A stretch of 64,000 nt of DNA, taken from contig JBIPSI010000014.1 in NCBI GenBank assembly GCA_044070495.1, forward strand, positions 32,001 through 96,000, read 5' to 3'. A program made the translations under genes and the position numbers. Positions 47,341 to 56,817 of the stretch are shown one piece after another (position 1 is the first letter of the stretch; each line of letters begins with the position of its first letter). Origin of the DNA: Spirulina sp. (lineage in GTDB: Bacteria; Cyanobacteriota; Cyanobacteriia; Phormidesmidales; Phormidesmidaceae). Below the pieces are notes generated by a model that searched no databases, was not told the origin of the DNA, and saw only the letters and a list, made by a program, of their open reading frames with translations.

Positions 47341-48186
47341 CTAGCGAATGTATCGGCTGCTGCGCTTGCCAAAGGCTCCCAAAATCAGTACTACGGCAAC
47401 CACCATAATCAACAGCAGGGTGGATACGGCGGCGGCAAAGGGCTGATTGAGCAGCACAATGCCCTGCTGATAAATCAATGTCGGAAGATAGATGAGCTGT
47501 CCACCGCCAATGATGGAGGGGGTGACGAAGGAACTCACGGTGAGGGCAAAGACTAGCAGCGCCCCAGAAATCATGCCCGGCAGGGTAAGGGGAAAGGTAA
47601 TTTGCCAAAAGGTGCGCCAGGCTCCACCACCTAAGCTCTTAGACGCCGCCGCCAGCCGCGAATCAATTTGGGAGAGCGACGCCACAATGGGCAGCACCAT
47701 CATCGGTAGCCAAATTTGGGTGAGGGCAATTAGCACGCCATTGTGGGTAAACAACAGGCGGATGGGTTCTTCAATCAGCCCTAATTTTATGAGAGCCGTG
47801 TTGATCAACCCCTGCCGTCCCAAAATTACTACCCAGCCAAAGGTACGCACCACCGCACTGGTGAGCAGGGGCAGCATAATTAAAAAGGTAAGTACCCCCT
47901 TCCACCGAGCATGGACATTGGTATAAAAATAGGCGACGGGGTAGCCAATAATCAGGCAGGCAATGGTGACTTGAACGCCAAGCCAAAAGGTATCGGTGAG
48001 GGCTTTAACATTAACGGCATTTCCAAAGAATTTGACGTAATTATCCAAGGAAATACCCCCCGCCTCAGCCTGAAAGCTAGAGGCAATCAAAATCACCAGG
48101 GGCACGATGTAAAACAGTTGCAGAAAAATGGCCAGGGGCAGGGCCAAAAAATCCTGTTTAGGTCGTAGGAGTTGGCTGATGTTCAT
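47341..48186 (-). CDS. ABC transporter permease (PotB-like)
   Basis: PLLTSAVVRTFGW, GLIN, LPMMVLPI, ASKSLGG, FVTPSIIGG. Confidence 0.92.
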   Translation of the reverse strand: MNISQLLRPKQDFLALPLAIFLQLFYIVPLVILIASSFQAEAGGISLDNYVKFFGNAVNVKALTDTFWLGVQVTIACLIIGYPVAYFYTNVHARWKGVLTFLIMLPLLTSAVVRTFGWVVILGRQGLINTALIKLGLIEEPIRLLFTHNGVLIALTQIWLPMMVLPIVASLSQIDSRLAAASKSLGGGAWRTFWQITFPLTLPGMISGALLVFALTVSSFVTPSIIGGGQLIYLPTLIYQQGIVLLNQPFAAAVSTLLLIMVVAVVLILGAFGKRSSRYIR

Positions 48187-48339
48187 GGGTTTTGGCTGGC
48201 TGGGGTGGATATGCGGACGATCCTGAAAAACGCTATTTTGGACAAGATCAGAAACCTAATTTCTCGAGTTCGGTGATTACCACAAGACCACCGATTCACA
48301 CCAAAAATCAGGCTTCTGGCGGGTTTCTAGATAGAACGT

Positions 48340-49440
48340 CTAAAGTTGAATGGCCTGGTCAAACCGTTCAATCCATTCAGAGCGGTTGGGGTTAATTTGC
48401 GACCAGTCTAAAAACACGAGGTTGCTGAGGGCTTCGTCGAGGGTGGAGCCAAATTTCTCAGCCAGCAGGCCCGTCAGTTCAACATTGCGGTTGACGGGCA
48501 GGAAATTATAGGGATCTTGGGCCATGGCCGTTTGCACCTCCAGGCTGAGGCTGGCATCGATGAAGGCGGCGGCAGCAGCGAGGTCGGCGGTGGTGTTGGC
48601 CACAATTTGCTGGGAGGGCCGCATGGCAATCGCCCCTTCCTGGGGAGCGACCCATTCAATATCCACCCCACGGGCCTTTAGGGCCATGACATTATTGAGG
48701 TCGTGGGGAGCCAGGGCAATTTCCCCCTGCTGGAAGAGGGTGGCCAAGGCCCCAGAGTTGGCGGCAAGGCCCGCCAGGTTGGGCTTGAGTTCCTGCTCCA
48801 GGGCTTCAAAGGCGGGTTCAATGTTGGATTCACTGCCGCCGCGCAGCTTGGCCAATTGCACCATTACGGAAGTCCCTTGGGTGGTCTGCATCCCTTGCAT
48901 GGAGACCCGTCCCTGAAACTCTGGATTATAGAGATCTTCCCAGGAGGCGGGCGGGGTGGTGATTTCGCTGGGATTGTAGGCCAAGCCAATCACCTGAAGG
49001 CCCGTGGTGGGGGCCCAGCCGTCGGGGCTGAGCAGTTGCGGAGCCACCTGGTCGTAGTTGCTAATCATCTCCACCGGGACGGGCACAAACAGATCCTTGG
49101 AGGCCGCATTAAACGGGCCTTCATCAATCAGCGCCACGTCAAAGGGTGGATTTTGGGGAGCCGCCGTAAGCTGGGCCACCTGCTCTAGGGAGACCATCGT
49201 CACCAGGTTGGCGCTGCCCCCGCCCGCAGCTTGAAAAGCAGGCACAATCACATCCCGATAAAGCTGTTCCCAACTGCCTGCAAAGGTGGTGACAATCAGG
49301 TCAGATCTGCCGCCTTCACCGTTCGCAGCGGTTTGGGTGGGGGTTGTATCACAGGCTTTAATCAGCAGGCTGGTGCCCGCAAACAGGCCGGCCCCCAACA
49401 GGGTACGACGGCTAAATTGAAACGATCCAGATCTCGCCAC
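48340..49440 (-). CDS. ABC transporter substrate-binding lipoprotein (PotD/SBP_bac_8-like), Tat signal
   Basis: SRRTLLG twin-arginine motif, IKAC lipobox, GLAYNP, PPASWEDL, WIERFDQ; GTG start at 49440 with GGAG RBS. Confidence 0.88.
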   Translation of the reverse strand: MARSGSFQFSRRTLLGAGLFAGTSLLIKACDTTPTQTAANGEGGRSDLIVTTFAGSWEQLYRDVIVPAFQAAGGGSANLVTMVSLEQVAQLTAAPQNPPFDVALIDEGPFNAASKDLFVPVPVEMISNYDQVAPQLLSPDGWAPTTGLQVIGLAYNPSEITTPPASWEDLYNPEFQGRVSMQGMQTTQGTSVMVQLAKLRGGSESNIEPAFEALEQELKPNLAGLAANSGALATLFQQGEIALAPHDLNNVMALKARGVDIEWVAPQEGAIAMRPSQQIVANTTADLAAAAAFIDASLSLEVQTAMAQDPYNFLPVNRNVELTGLLAEKFGSTLDEALSNLVFLDWSQINPNRSEWIERFDQAIQL

Positions 49441-49625
49441 GAAATCAAACTCCAGCAACAACAAGCAAACAGTCGTACCGAATCCGAATCAGAAAAAAAC
49501 GATTTCTAATTCGGAAAACCATAGGGGTAAGGTCTCCTCACCCCTGGATACTGAAAGCAAGCCGGATTCGGTACGATGGACGCTGGGCTAAGCCAGCCTA
49601 CGGTTGGCCCGAACCGTGAGCGGTT

Positions 49626-50756
49626 CTAGGCGGGGAAGACGGAACAGGCACTGGGAGAAACCAGATCGAGGTGAATTTGATCCCCAGGGGTGAGGGGTTT
49701 GGTTCCCAGGGTGCGGGGCTGGGTAAGCTTGATGTGAAGGTCGGAACCCAGGGCGACATCGTAGGTCATCACCGAGCCAAGGGGGAGACACATGGCCACG
49801 GTGCCCGCTAGGGTGTGGCGGTGGGCCTGGGGTTGCACCCCCAGGTTTTCGGGGCGAATGGCTACGGTGACCTGGCCTTGGGGCACTAGGGTATGGTCGC
49901 AGGCAATCTCCAGCTCACCGCCAGGAACCTTGACCAAGTAGCCTTTGTCTGCCCGGCCCAGCACTTCCCCAGGTAGGTGATTGCAGGTGCCCACAAAGGA
50001 ACTGACAAACTGGGTGGCCGGACGGTCGTACAGGTTGCTAGGGCTATCAAACTGGTGAATTTCGCCGCCGGAAAGGACGGCAATGCGATCAGACATGCTC
50101 ATGGCCTCTTCTTGGTCGTGGGTGACCATGATGGCGGTGATGCCGCGCTCACTGAGAATGCGTCGAATTTCAATCTGCATGTCCAGGCGCAGGCTTTTAT
50201 CGAGAGCGCTAAAGGGTTCGTCCAGCAGCATGATCCGAGGTTCAACGGCTAGGGCACGGGCAATGGCGACCCGCTGTTGCTGTCCTCCAGAAAGCTCGCT
50301 AGGGACTCGCTTAGCGAGGTGGCTGAGCTGCACCATATCCAGCATTTCGCCCACCCGGTTGGCCACCTGGCCGCGAGACAACTTTCGCCCTGCCCTCAAA
50401 CCGTAGGCCACGTTGTCCCAAACGGTCATATGGGGAAAGAGGGCGTAGTTCTGAAACACGATGCCCGTACCCCGCTCACTGGGAGACAGCCCTGTTACCG
50501 ATTTGCCGTCGATCAACACGTTGCCTGCCGTGGGGTCGAGGAAACCGGAAATTATTCGCAGCAGAGTAGTTTTGCCACAGCCGCTTGGCCCCAGCAACGA
50601 CACAAACTCTCCTGGCTGAATTGATAGGTTGATGTCCTTCAGCGCCACAAAGGAGCCAAACTTGTGCATCACCTGGGACAACGTCAGGCTGTGCCCTGAA
50701 TCGGCACCCAGGGTAGCGACGGCGGCTAGGGTGGCGGGGGATTGGGTAGCTTGCAT
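49626..50756 (-). CDS. ABC transporter ATP-binding protein (PotA-like, TOBE)
   Basis: GPSGCGKT, FQNYALFPH, LSGGQQQR, LLDEP, VTHDQEEA. Confidence 0.95.
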   Translation of the reverse strand: MQATQSPATLAAVATLGADSGHSLTLSQVMHKFGSFVALKDINLSIQPGEFVSLLGPSGCGKTTLLRIISGFLDPTAGNVLIDGKSVTGLSPSERGTGIVFQNYALFPHMTVWDNVAYGLRAGRKLSRGQVANRVGEMLDMVQLSHLAKRVPSELSGGQQQRVAIARALAVEPRIMLLDEPFSALDKSLRLDMQIEIRRILSERGITAIMVTHDQEEAMSMSDRIAVLSGGEIHQFDSPSNLYDRPATQFVSSFVGTCNHLPGEVLGRADKGYLVKVPGGELEIACDHTLVPQGQVTVAIRPENLGVQPQAHRHTLAGTVAMCLPLGSVMTYDVALGSDLHIKLTQPRTLGTKPLTPGDQIHLDLVSPSACSVFPA

Positions 50757-50859
50757 GAACCTTAGGGGGTTGGATGGACAGGAAAACGCCTACTATCGAA
50801 GCAATAGGCTCAGGCAGACCGAAACCGGGATTCAACTAAATCTGAGCAGTCAAGATGCC

Positions 50860-50907
50860 GAACGACCAAAACTTTGAACGACCAAAACTTTGAATAACCA
50901 GACCTTT
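50860..50907. repeat. 16-bp tandem repeat x3
   Basis: GAACGACCAAAACTTT twice plus GAATAACCAGACCTTT. Confidence 0.8.
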
Positions 50908-50955
50908 GAACTACCCTTGAACGGTCAAAAAACACCATTCAAACTCAACACCAGA

Positions 50956-51624
50956 CTAGGTCTGAGCAGGAGTTCTGGCCTCTGAGTGAGGGGGAATTGG
51001 TAGGTGAATGAGTTCCCCAATTTTGGTATATTCCACCGGGCCGCCCAGACGGGTTACGGGCTGCATGTGTACTGTATCCACCAGGCCTAACTGACTTCTG
51101 TATAAATCCTTGCGAATGTGGAAACGCAAGACTTGGCCCAGCACCATAATGCTTGCTGCCTCTGCCACGGGCACAATCTGTGTCACTCGACATTCCATCG
51201 CCACTGGGGCACCCTGGATCACCCAGGGCCGCACCTCCATGGCCGGAACCGCCTTCAGCCCTGCCACCTCAAACTCGTTAATGCCGTGGGGCAGTTCCAT
51301 CGCCGTTTTCACCATCGCTTCCGACAGGGCTTCATCGACCACATGGCAAACAAACTCGCCCACCTCCCGCACATTGCGTAGGGTGTCTTTTTCCTGGGGT
51401 TCTCGGCGGCGTAGGGCTACCGAAAACATCAGCGTCGGCGGAAACCCAGACACCGCATTAAAAAACGAGTAGGGCGCAAGGTTAGGTTGGCCCTCGGCAC
51501 TCATCGTAGACACCCAGGCAATGGGGCGAGGGGCCACCACACTGGTCAGCAGGTGATAGGGGGCGGGCACCTCCATTTCCGCTGTAGCCAGGGTGATCAT
51601 CTCTGGGGCGTCAAGGTCAGGCAT
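50956..51624 (-). CDS. Flavin reductase-like FMN-binding protein
   Basis: VAPRPIAWVST, NLAPYSFFN, KDTLRNVREVGEF, AMECR, RLGG. Confidence 0.9.
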   Translation of the reverse strand: MPDLDAPEMITLATAEMEVPAPYHLLTSVVAPRPIAWVSTMSAEGQPNLAPYSFFNAVSGFPPTLMFSVALRRREPQEKDTLRNVREVGEFVCHVVDEALSEAMVKTAMELPHGINEFEVAGLKAVPAMEVRPWVIQGAPVAMECRVTQIVPVAEAASIMVLGQVLRFHIRKDLYRSQLGLVDTVHMQPVTRLGGPVEYTKIGELIHLPIPPHSEARTPAQT

Positions 51625-51691
51625 GGCAAGAAGGACAACGTAGGCGAGTCTGGTTAGGCTACTGGATCCAGGGGCGAGGAAGCCTGGGGAA

Positions 51692-51714
51692 GGGCGAGGA
51701 GACCTCGCCCCTAC
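51692..51714 (-). repeat. GTAG-type REP (GTAGGGGCGAGGTCTCCTCGCCC family)
   Basis: Exact reverse complement of 61080-61102; variants at 9911, 21843, 23141, 35805 and 49522. Confidence 0.8.
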
Positions 51715-51750
51715 GATGTAACCCATTGGGAATTGGCAGGCTAGGCGTAG

Positions 51751-52869
51751 CTAGGACTGCACCGTTTGGTTGAACCGCTCGATCCATTCGGCCCGCTGGG
51801 GGTTGATGGTGGGCCAATCGAGGTTGTGGGCCATGGCAATGAAGTCATCCACGGACTGGATGCCCAGGGCCTCCATGAGCTGAGGGGGGAGTTCCACCGT
51901 GGTATTGGCGGGAATATAGAAGTAGGGCGCACCGACCACCTTAGCCTGGGCCTCAGGACTGAGCATGGCATCCACGTAGGCCACCGCCCGATCCAGACCA
52001 GCGGCAGGGTTTTTCACAATGTTGAGGCTATAGCGAGCCGCTGCAATCCCACTATCCAGCTTGGCAATGGCCACGGGCACCCCCCGTTCTGCCAGGGTTA
52101 GCACGTCGTTGTGCCACATGGGGCCAATATCGACCTCGCCCTGCTGGAAGAGGGTGAGCAACGCCCCAGGATTGGCCGCCACCCCATTAACGCGGGGCAG
52201 CATTTCCGCCACCGCTTCAAAGGCAGGTTCGATATTGTCTTCGCCGCCGCCAAGGACCTTGGCCAGTTCCACCATGAAGGAGGTGCCCAAAATACTGTTG
52301 AGGCTGACCAAGCCCAGTTGAGCACCCAGGTTTGGATCGAGCATTACTTCCCAAGACGTGGGTGGCGTCTTCACGGTATCGGTGTTGTAGGCCAGCACAA
52401 TGCCCTGGGCGTAGAAAATCGGCGCAAGCCCCTGATCGCTGAGGAAAGCAGGATTGACATCGCTGCTGTTGGGGCTGCTGTCTATGGGGAAGGGCTGAAC
52501 CAAGTCTTCGGCGAGAGCCACCGCATTCTGCCCGTCATCCAGCATCAGCACGTCAAAGGGCGGCGCATCGGGGGATGCCTTCACCCGCGCAATCTGCTCA
52601 AAGGCCAACAGCGGTTGGGAACTGATCGTCACGCCAGTTTTATCGGCCACCACCGGAGCCAAAGCTTCCCGGAACAAACTGTCCGTCGTTCCAGGGAAAG
52701 AGGCAACCACAAGATCTCCGGCCACACCCCCTTCCGCCGCACCACCGCCAGCGGCTCCACCCTGAGGCGCAGAGGCATTACAGCTCTTCAGCGCCCAACT
52801 GGTTCCTAAAAATAAGCCCGCCCCCAACACAGAGCGACGGGACACGCGCTGCAAAGACCGATTATTCAC
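51751..52869 (-). CDS. Second ABC substrate-binding lipoprotein, Tat signal; paralogue of 48340-49440
   Basis: SRRSVLG, LKSC lipobox, PPFDV, LAYN, PPTSWE, TLFQQGE, INPQRAEWIERFNQ. Confidence 0.9.
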   Translation of the reverse strand: MNNRSLQRVSRRSVLGAGLFLGTSWALKSCNASAPQGGAAGGGAAEGGVAGDLVVASFPGTTDSLFREALAPVVADKTGVTISSQPLLAFEQIARVKASPDAPPFDVLMLDDGQNAVALAEDLVQPFPIDSSPNSSDVNPAFLSDQGLAPIFYAQGIVLAYNTDTVKTPPTSWEVMLDPNLGAQLGLVSLNSILGTSFMVELAKVLGGGEDNIEPAFEAVAEMLPRVNGVAANPGALLTLFQQGEVDIGPMWHNDVLTLAERGVPVAIAKLDSGIAAARYSLNIVKNPAAGLDRAVAYVDAMLSPEAQAKVVGAPYFYIPANTTVELPPQLMEALGIQSVDDFIAMAHNLDWPTINPQRAEWIERFNQTVQS

Positions 52870-53089
52870 GTTTCGGATACCTCTCTTCTGGTAAACAATG
52901 AGATGGGCCTCTAGGGAAAGCTAACGGTTCACCAACCTGCACTCACCGGACTGAGACCGAACGTCAGATGCCTCGCTGGACAGGGAAGGGGGAAAGGTAA
53001 CCGCCTCACAGCTCTATACAGGGAGGAACAACCTTCCGAGGCGCAACAAAACTTTGTATACAGAATGCATGGATACAGTCGATCAGTCG

Positions 53090-53103
53090 GTAGCTCAGGC
53101 TAC
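53090..53103. promoter_or_regulatory. NtcA-type box GTA-N8-TAC
   Basis: GTAGCTCAGGCTAC inside the palindrome CGGTAGC-TCAG-GCTACCG; a CATTCT -10-like hexamer follows 22 nt downstream on the minus strand, toward the ABC operon. Confidence 0.55.
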
Positions 53104-53302
53104 CGTTTCTCCTTGGGGAGATCTTTTGGGGCGCGGGGTGTCAGGCCCTTCCAAGCATCCGAGCCATGGACTCAACCATAATTAGGCCTTTCTAAGGCTC
53201 CCCTGCATCCCACGAATATCACGATTTCTCTATCACAAATTGGGCGTCATTTGATCGGCTTTATAAAACTTGAGGGATGCACATGCAGGTTGATTAAAAC
53301 CA

Positions 53303-53317
53303 ATAACTTAAAGTTAT
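53303..53317. promoter_or_regulatory. LysR-type (RbcR/CbbR-like) operator upstream of rbcL
   Basis: Perfect palindrome ATAACTT-A-AAGTTAT containing T-N11-A, about 270 bp before rbcL. Confidence 0.65.
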
Positions 53318-53582
53318 GAATCTATACAGATCTTCCAAAATAAACCTTATCCAATCGCTGGTAATATGCTAAAGCACGAGGTAATGAAAAATACCTAAAG
53401 CGTCTGGTGGGCAACTACTCGCTGGTTGCCTCCTGTTTGCTGCCATCTCATGGTTTTGGACGTCGGGCTGGTTCTTGAGCTAGGTACAGGTTTTCTCCGT
53501 ATATATTTTGGAGATTGCCGTGTCTATGACTGGGCCGCCGGGGTTCGCGTGAGAGATTTCTTAGATTCACAGGAAGGGAGAT

Positions 53583-55013
53583 ATGTCTTACTCTCAGACA
53601 ACGACTCAGTCAAAAGCGGGCTATAGCGCCGGGGTAAAGGACTATAAGCTGACCTATTACACCCCCGACTACACCCCCAAAGATACCGATATTTTGGCGG
53701 CATTCCGGATGACCCCCCAGCCCGGTGTACCTCCCGAAGAGTGCGCTGCTGCGGTCGCCGCTGAATCCTCTACGGGTACCTGGACCACCGTGTGGACCGA
53801 CCTTCTGACCGACATGGATCGGTACAAGGGTCGTTGCTACGACATCGAGCCAGTACCCGGCGAAGATAACCAATACATTTGCTACGTGGCCTACCCCCTC
53901 GACCTGTTCGAGGAAGGTTCCGTCACCAACCTGCTGACCTCCCTGGTGGGGAACGTGTTCGGCTTCAAGGCCCTACGCGCCCTGCGTCTGGAAGACCTGC
54001 GGATTCCCGTGGCCTACCTGAAGACCTTCCAAGGCCCTCCCCACGGTATCCAAGTAGAGCGCGACCGCCTGAACAAGTACGGTCGTCCTCTGCTGGGTTG
54101 CACCATCAAACCCAAGCTGGGTCTGTCGGCGAAGAACTATGGCCGCGCCGTGTATGAAGCCCTGCGCGGTGGTCTAGACTTCACCAAAGACGACGAAAAC
54201 ATCAACTCCCAGCCCTTCCAGCGCTGGCGCGACCGCTTCCTGTTTGTGGCCGATGCGATCCACAAGTCCCAGGCTGAAACCGGGGAAATCAAAGGTCACT
54301 ACCTGAACGTGACCGCCTCCACCTGCGAAGAAATGCTGAAGCGGGCCGAGTACGCTAAAGAACTCGACATGCCCATCGTCATGCACGACTTCCTCACCGC
54401 TGGTTTCACCGCCAACACCACCCTGTCCCACTGGTGCCGCGACAACGGCGTTCTGCTGCACATTCACCGCGCCATGCACGCCGTGATCGACCGTCAGAAG
54501 AACCACGGGATTCACTTCCGCGTTCTGGCCAAGTGTCTGCGGATGTCCGGTGGTGACCACATCCACACCGGAACCGTGGTGGGCAAGCTGGAAGGTGACC
54601 GCGCTGGTACCCTCGGCTTTGTAGACCTGCTGCGCGAAAACTACGTCGAGCGCGACCCCTCTCGCGGTGTGTACTTCACCCAAGATTGGGCCTCCATGGG
54701 CGGCGTTATGGCTGTGGCCTCCGGTGGTATCCACGTGTGGCACATGCCCGCTCTGGTGGAAATCTTCGGCGACGACTCCGTGCTTCAGTTCGGGGGTGGT
54801 ACCCTCGGTCACCCCTGGGGTAACGCGCCCGGTGCCACCGCCAACCGTGTGGCCCTGGAAGCTTGCGTTCAGGCCCGTAACGAAGGCCGTGACCTGGCCC
54901 GCGAAGGTGGCGACATCATCCGCGAAGCTTGCAAGTGGTCTCCCGAACTGGCTGCCGCCTGCGAACTGTGGAAGGAAATCAAGTTCGAGTTCGACACCGT
55001 TGACACCCTCTAA
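53583..55013 (+). CDS. rbcL: Rubisco large subunit (form IB)
   Basis: [46 protein letters not shown]. Confidence 0.99.
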   Translation: MSYSQTTTQSKAGYSAGVKDYKLTYYTPDYTPKDTDILAAFRMTPQPGVPPEECAAAVAAESSTGTWTTVWTDLLTDMDRYKGRCYDIEPVPGEDNQYICYVAYPLDLFEEGSVTNLLTSLVGNVFGFKALRALRLEDLRIPVAYLKTFQGPPHGIQVERDRLNKYGRPLLGCTIKPKLGLSAKNYGRAVYEALRGGLDFTKDDENINSQPFQRWRDRFLFVADAIHKSQAETGEIKGHYLNVTASTCEEMLKRAEYAKELDMPIVMHDFLTAGFTANTTLSHWCRDNGVLLHIHRAMHAVIDRQKNHGIHFRVLAKCLRMSGGDHIHTGTVVGKLEGDRAGTLGFVDLLRENYVERDPSRGVYFTQDWASMGGVMAVASGGIHVWHMPALVEIFGDDSVLQFGGGTLGHPWGNAPGATANRVALEACVQARNEGRDLAREGGDIIREACKWSPELAAACELWKEIKFEFDTVDTL

Positions 55014-55208
55014 TTTTGCTTTGGCGGCGGTGGGGATCGGCTTCGGCTTGTCCCTGCCGACGACGGGGCGTGGGCCAGTTCCTTGGACTAGCATCTTAAG
55101 AAAACTTAAGATTGCGGCCTAAGTTACCGAATCTGTCTGGATTTCGGGCTTCAATCAGGTCTACCCACCCCCCGGCGGGGTCTAGGTCAACCCTTCGAGG
55201 AGACACCG

Positions 55209-55637
55209 ATGGACCTTAAGCAAGCGGCAAAGGACACCGCTAAGGTGCTGACCAGCTATCTGACCTTCCAGGCCGTGAAAACGGTGCTGAATCAGCTTAA
55301 GGAAACCAACCCTGCCCAAGCCTATTGGCTGAACACGTTTTCGACCAAGGAAGCCCTCCAGGATGGGGAAACCTACCTGACGGCCCTTATGGCGGAAAAG
55401 CCCGACATGGCCATGCGGATCATGACCGTTCGGCAGCACATCGCAGAGGAAATCTGCGAGTTTTTGCCGGAAATGGTGATCGCCAACCTTCAGCAAGCCA
55501 ATATGGAACACCGCCGCCAGCATTTAGAGCGCCTGACTCAATTGGGCGATGCCGACCATCTAGATCAGTCGGAAACCCTCGGTGCCCTTGAGGTACCCCA
55601 GGAATCCGCCGCCGATGGAGAACATCTCCCAGAGTAG
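55209..55637 (+). CDS. rbcX: Rubisco assembly chaperone RbcX
   Basis: MDLKQAAKDTAKVLTSYLTFQAV...LKETNP...RIMTVRQHIAEE; lies between rbcL and rbcS. Confidence 0.97.
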   Translation: MDLKQAAKDTAKVLTSYLTFQAVKTVLNQLKETNPAQAYWLNTFSTKEALQDGETYLTALMAEKPDMAMRIMTVRQHIAEEICEFLPEMVIANLQQANMEHRRQHLERLTQLGDADHLDQSETLGALEVPQESAADGEHLPE

Positions 55638-55740
55638 GCCCAAGGTTTGACTACGGATGGATCGAACCATCGTCGTTCACTCTTTTGTTCACTCGCGGTC
55701 AGCATCGCCTGATCGCCGATTAGTAACCCAGCGAGGAACT

Positions 55741-56082
55741 ATGAAAACTCTGCCTAAAGAGCGTCGTTACGAAACGATGTCCTACCTGCCCCCTCTGACC
55801 GATGCTCAGATTGAGCGGCAAATTGCTTACATCCTGAAAATGGGCTATTTCCCGGCTGTCGAGTTTAACGAAGACTCCGACCCCGAAGCCTACTACTGGA
55901 CGATGTGGAAACTGCCCATGTTCAACGCCACCTCCACCCAGGAAGTGCTGAGCGAAGTGCAGGCTTGCCGCTCCGAGTACTCCAACTGCTTCATCCGCGT
56001 GGTTGGTTTCGACAACGTCAAGCAGTGCCAGATCGCTAGCTTCATCGTGCATAAGCCCGGTGCTAGCACCTACCGCTACTAG
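55741..56082 (+). CDS. rbcS: Rubisco small subunit
   Basis: [19 protein letters not shown]...YWTMWKLP...[15 protein letters not shown] before ATG 55741. Confidence 0.99.
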   Translation: MKTLPKERRYETMSYLPPLTDAQIERQIAYILKMGYFPAVEFNEDSDPEAYYWTMWKLPMFNATSTQEVLSEVQACRSEYSNCFIRVVGFDNVKQCQIASFIVHKPGASTYRY

Positions 56083-56133
56083 AATCTGCCTCTGAATCAG
56101 AATCAATCATTCTTGATTCAAAACAGATAAAAC

Positions 56134-56165
56134 AAAGGGCCAGGGGAGCAATCCTCTGGTCTTTT
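56134..56165 (+). terminator. Intrinsic terminator of rbcLXS
   Basis: aaagggccagggga-gcaa-tcctctggtctttt hairpin with U-tract. Confidence 0.75.
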
Positions 56166-56186
56166 GTGATGGCATTAACATAGGGC

Positions 56187-56312
56187 TTAAACCACAGCGA
56201 TCTTGACGATCAGATTATTAACGTCGCGGTCGCCAGCGATGTCTTCGCAGCTAAAAATGTTGTTGCCGAAGCCGCCCCCGTGATCTTGGCCAGGGGCGAA
56301 ATCTGGTTTGGC
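56187..56312 (-). pseudogene. Remnant of a DUF4114-like C-terminal domain
   Basis: Minus-strand translation AKPDFAPGQDHGGGFGNNIFSCEDIAGDRDVNNLIVKIAVV* resembles the N.D..DH...GNN.FGFED...D.D.ND.IV consensus; upstream in-frame sequence is unrelated and hits a stop. Confidence 0.5.
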
Positions 56313-56817
56313 TCGGTCAGGATGAGGTGCTGGGTGTAGCCCGATTATTGGGTGCACAGAAAAGATGAATTTGGCGATGTTTGAGATCTAGCATCCAATA
56401 ATCGGCAATAGCCGCCTGGGCATAGAGTTTGGCTTTGACCTCGCAATCCTGCCGCAAGGTCGAATCGGCCACCTCCACGAATTTATCGCCTCTATCAAAG
56501 GTCTCGGTGGAGTCAGATAGAACTTCGATAATGAGTACAGATTGAATGTCGCCTTTTGAGGGGATGGAAGGTATTGATTTGAGGGGGCTAGGGTGCTGCG
56601 ATTGAGGAGATTTAGAACCACGTAGACGGGGTATGAAACGTGTTATGCAAGTCTCCGTAGCATGACGCGAATCATAGTGAGGTGGATGAACGCCTGCGAG
56701 GATTCGGGTAAGCGTTCATCGTCCACATTCAATCGGCGACACCCAAGGAGCAGACCCTAAGTGTGCTCTACCACCCATCGTTGGTTCACCTTAATCGAGC
56801 TAGAGGATGACCCAAGA

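Noticed and set aside
52870..53050. Riboswitch in the leader of the ABC operon
   Set aside because: No TPP, cobalamin, guanidine or other aptamer consensus was recognisable; an Rfam scan is needed
54174..55094. 306-aa antisense ORF over rbcL, and similar long antisense ORFs over kaiC, the ATPase and the S8 peptidase
   Set aside because: Shadow ORFs caused by the codon bias of the real genes
56532..56539. Isolated TGAGTACA
   Set aside because: Single copy away from nif genes, compatible with chance
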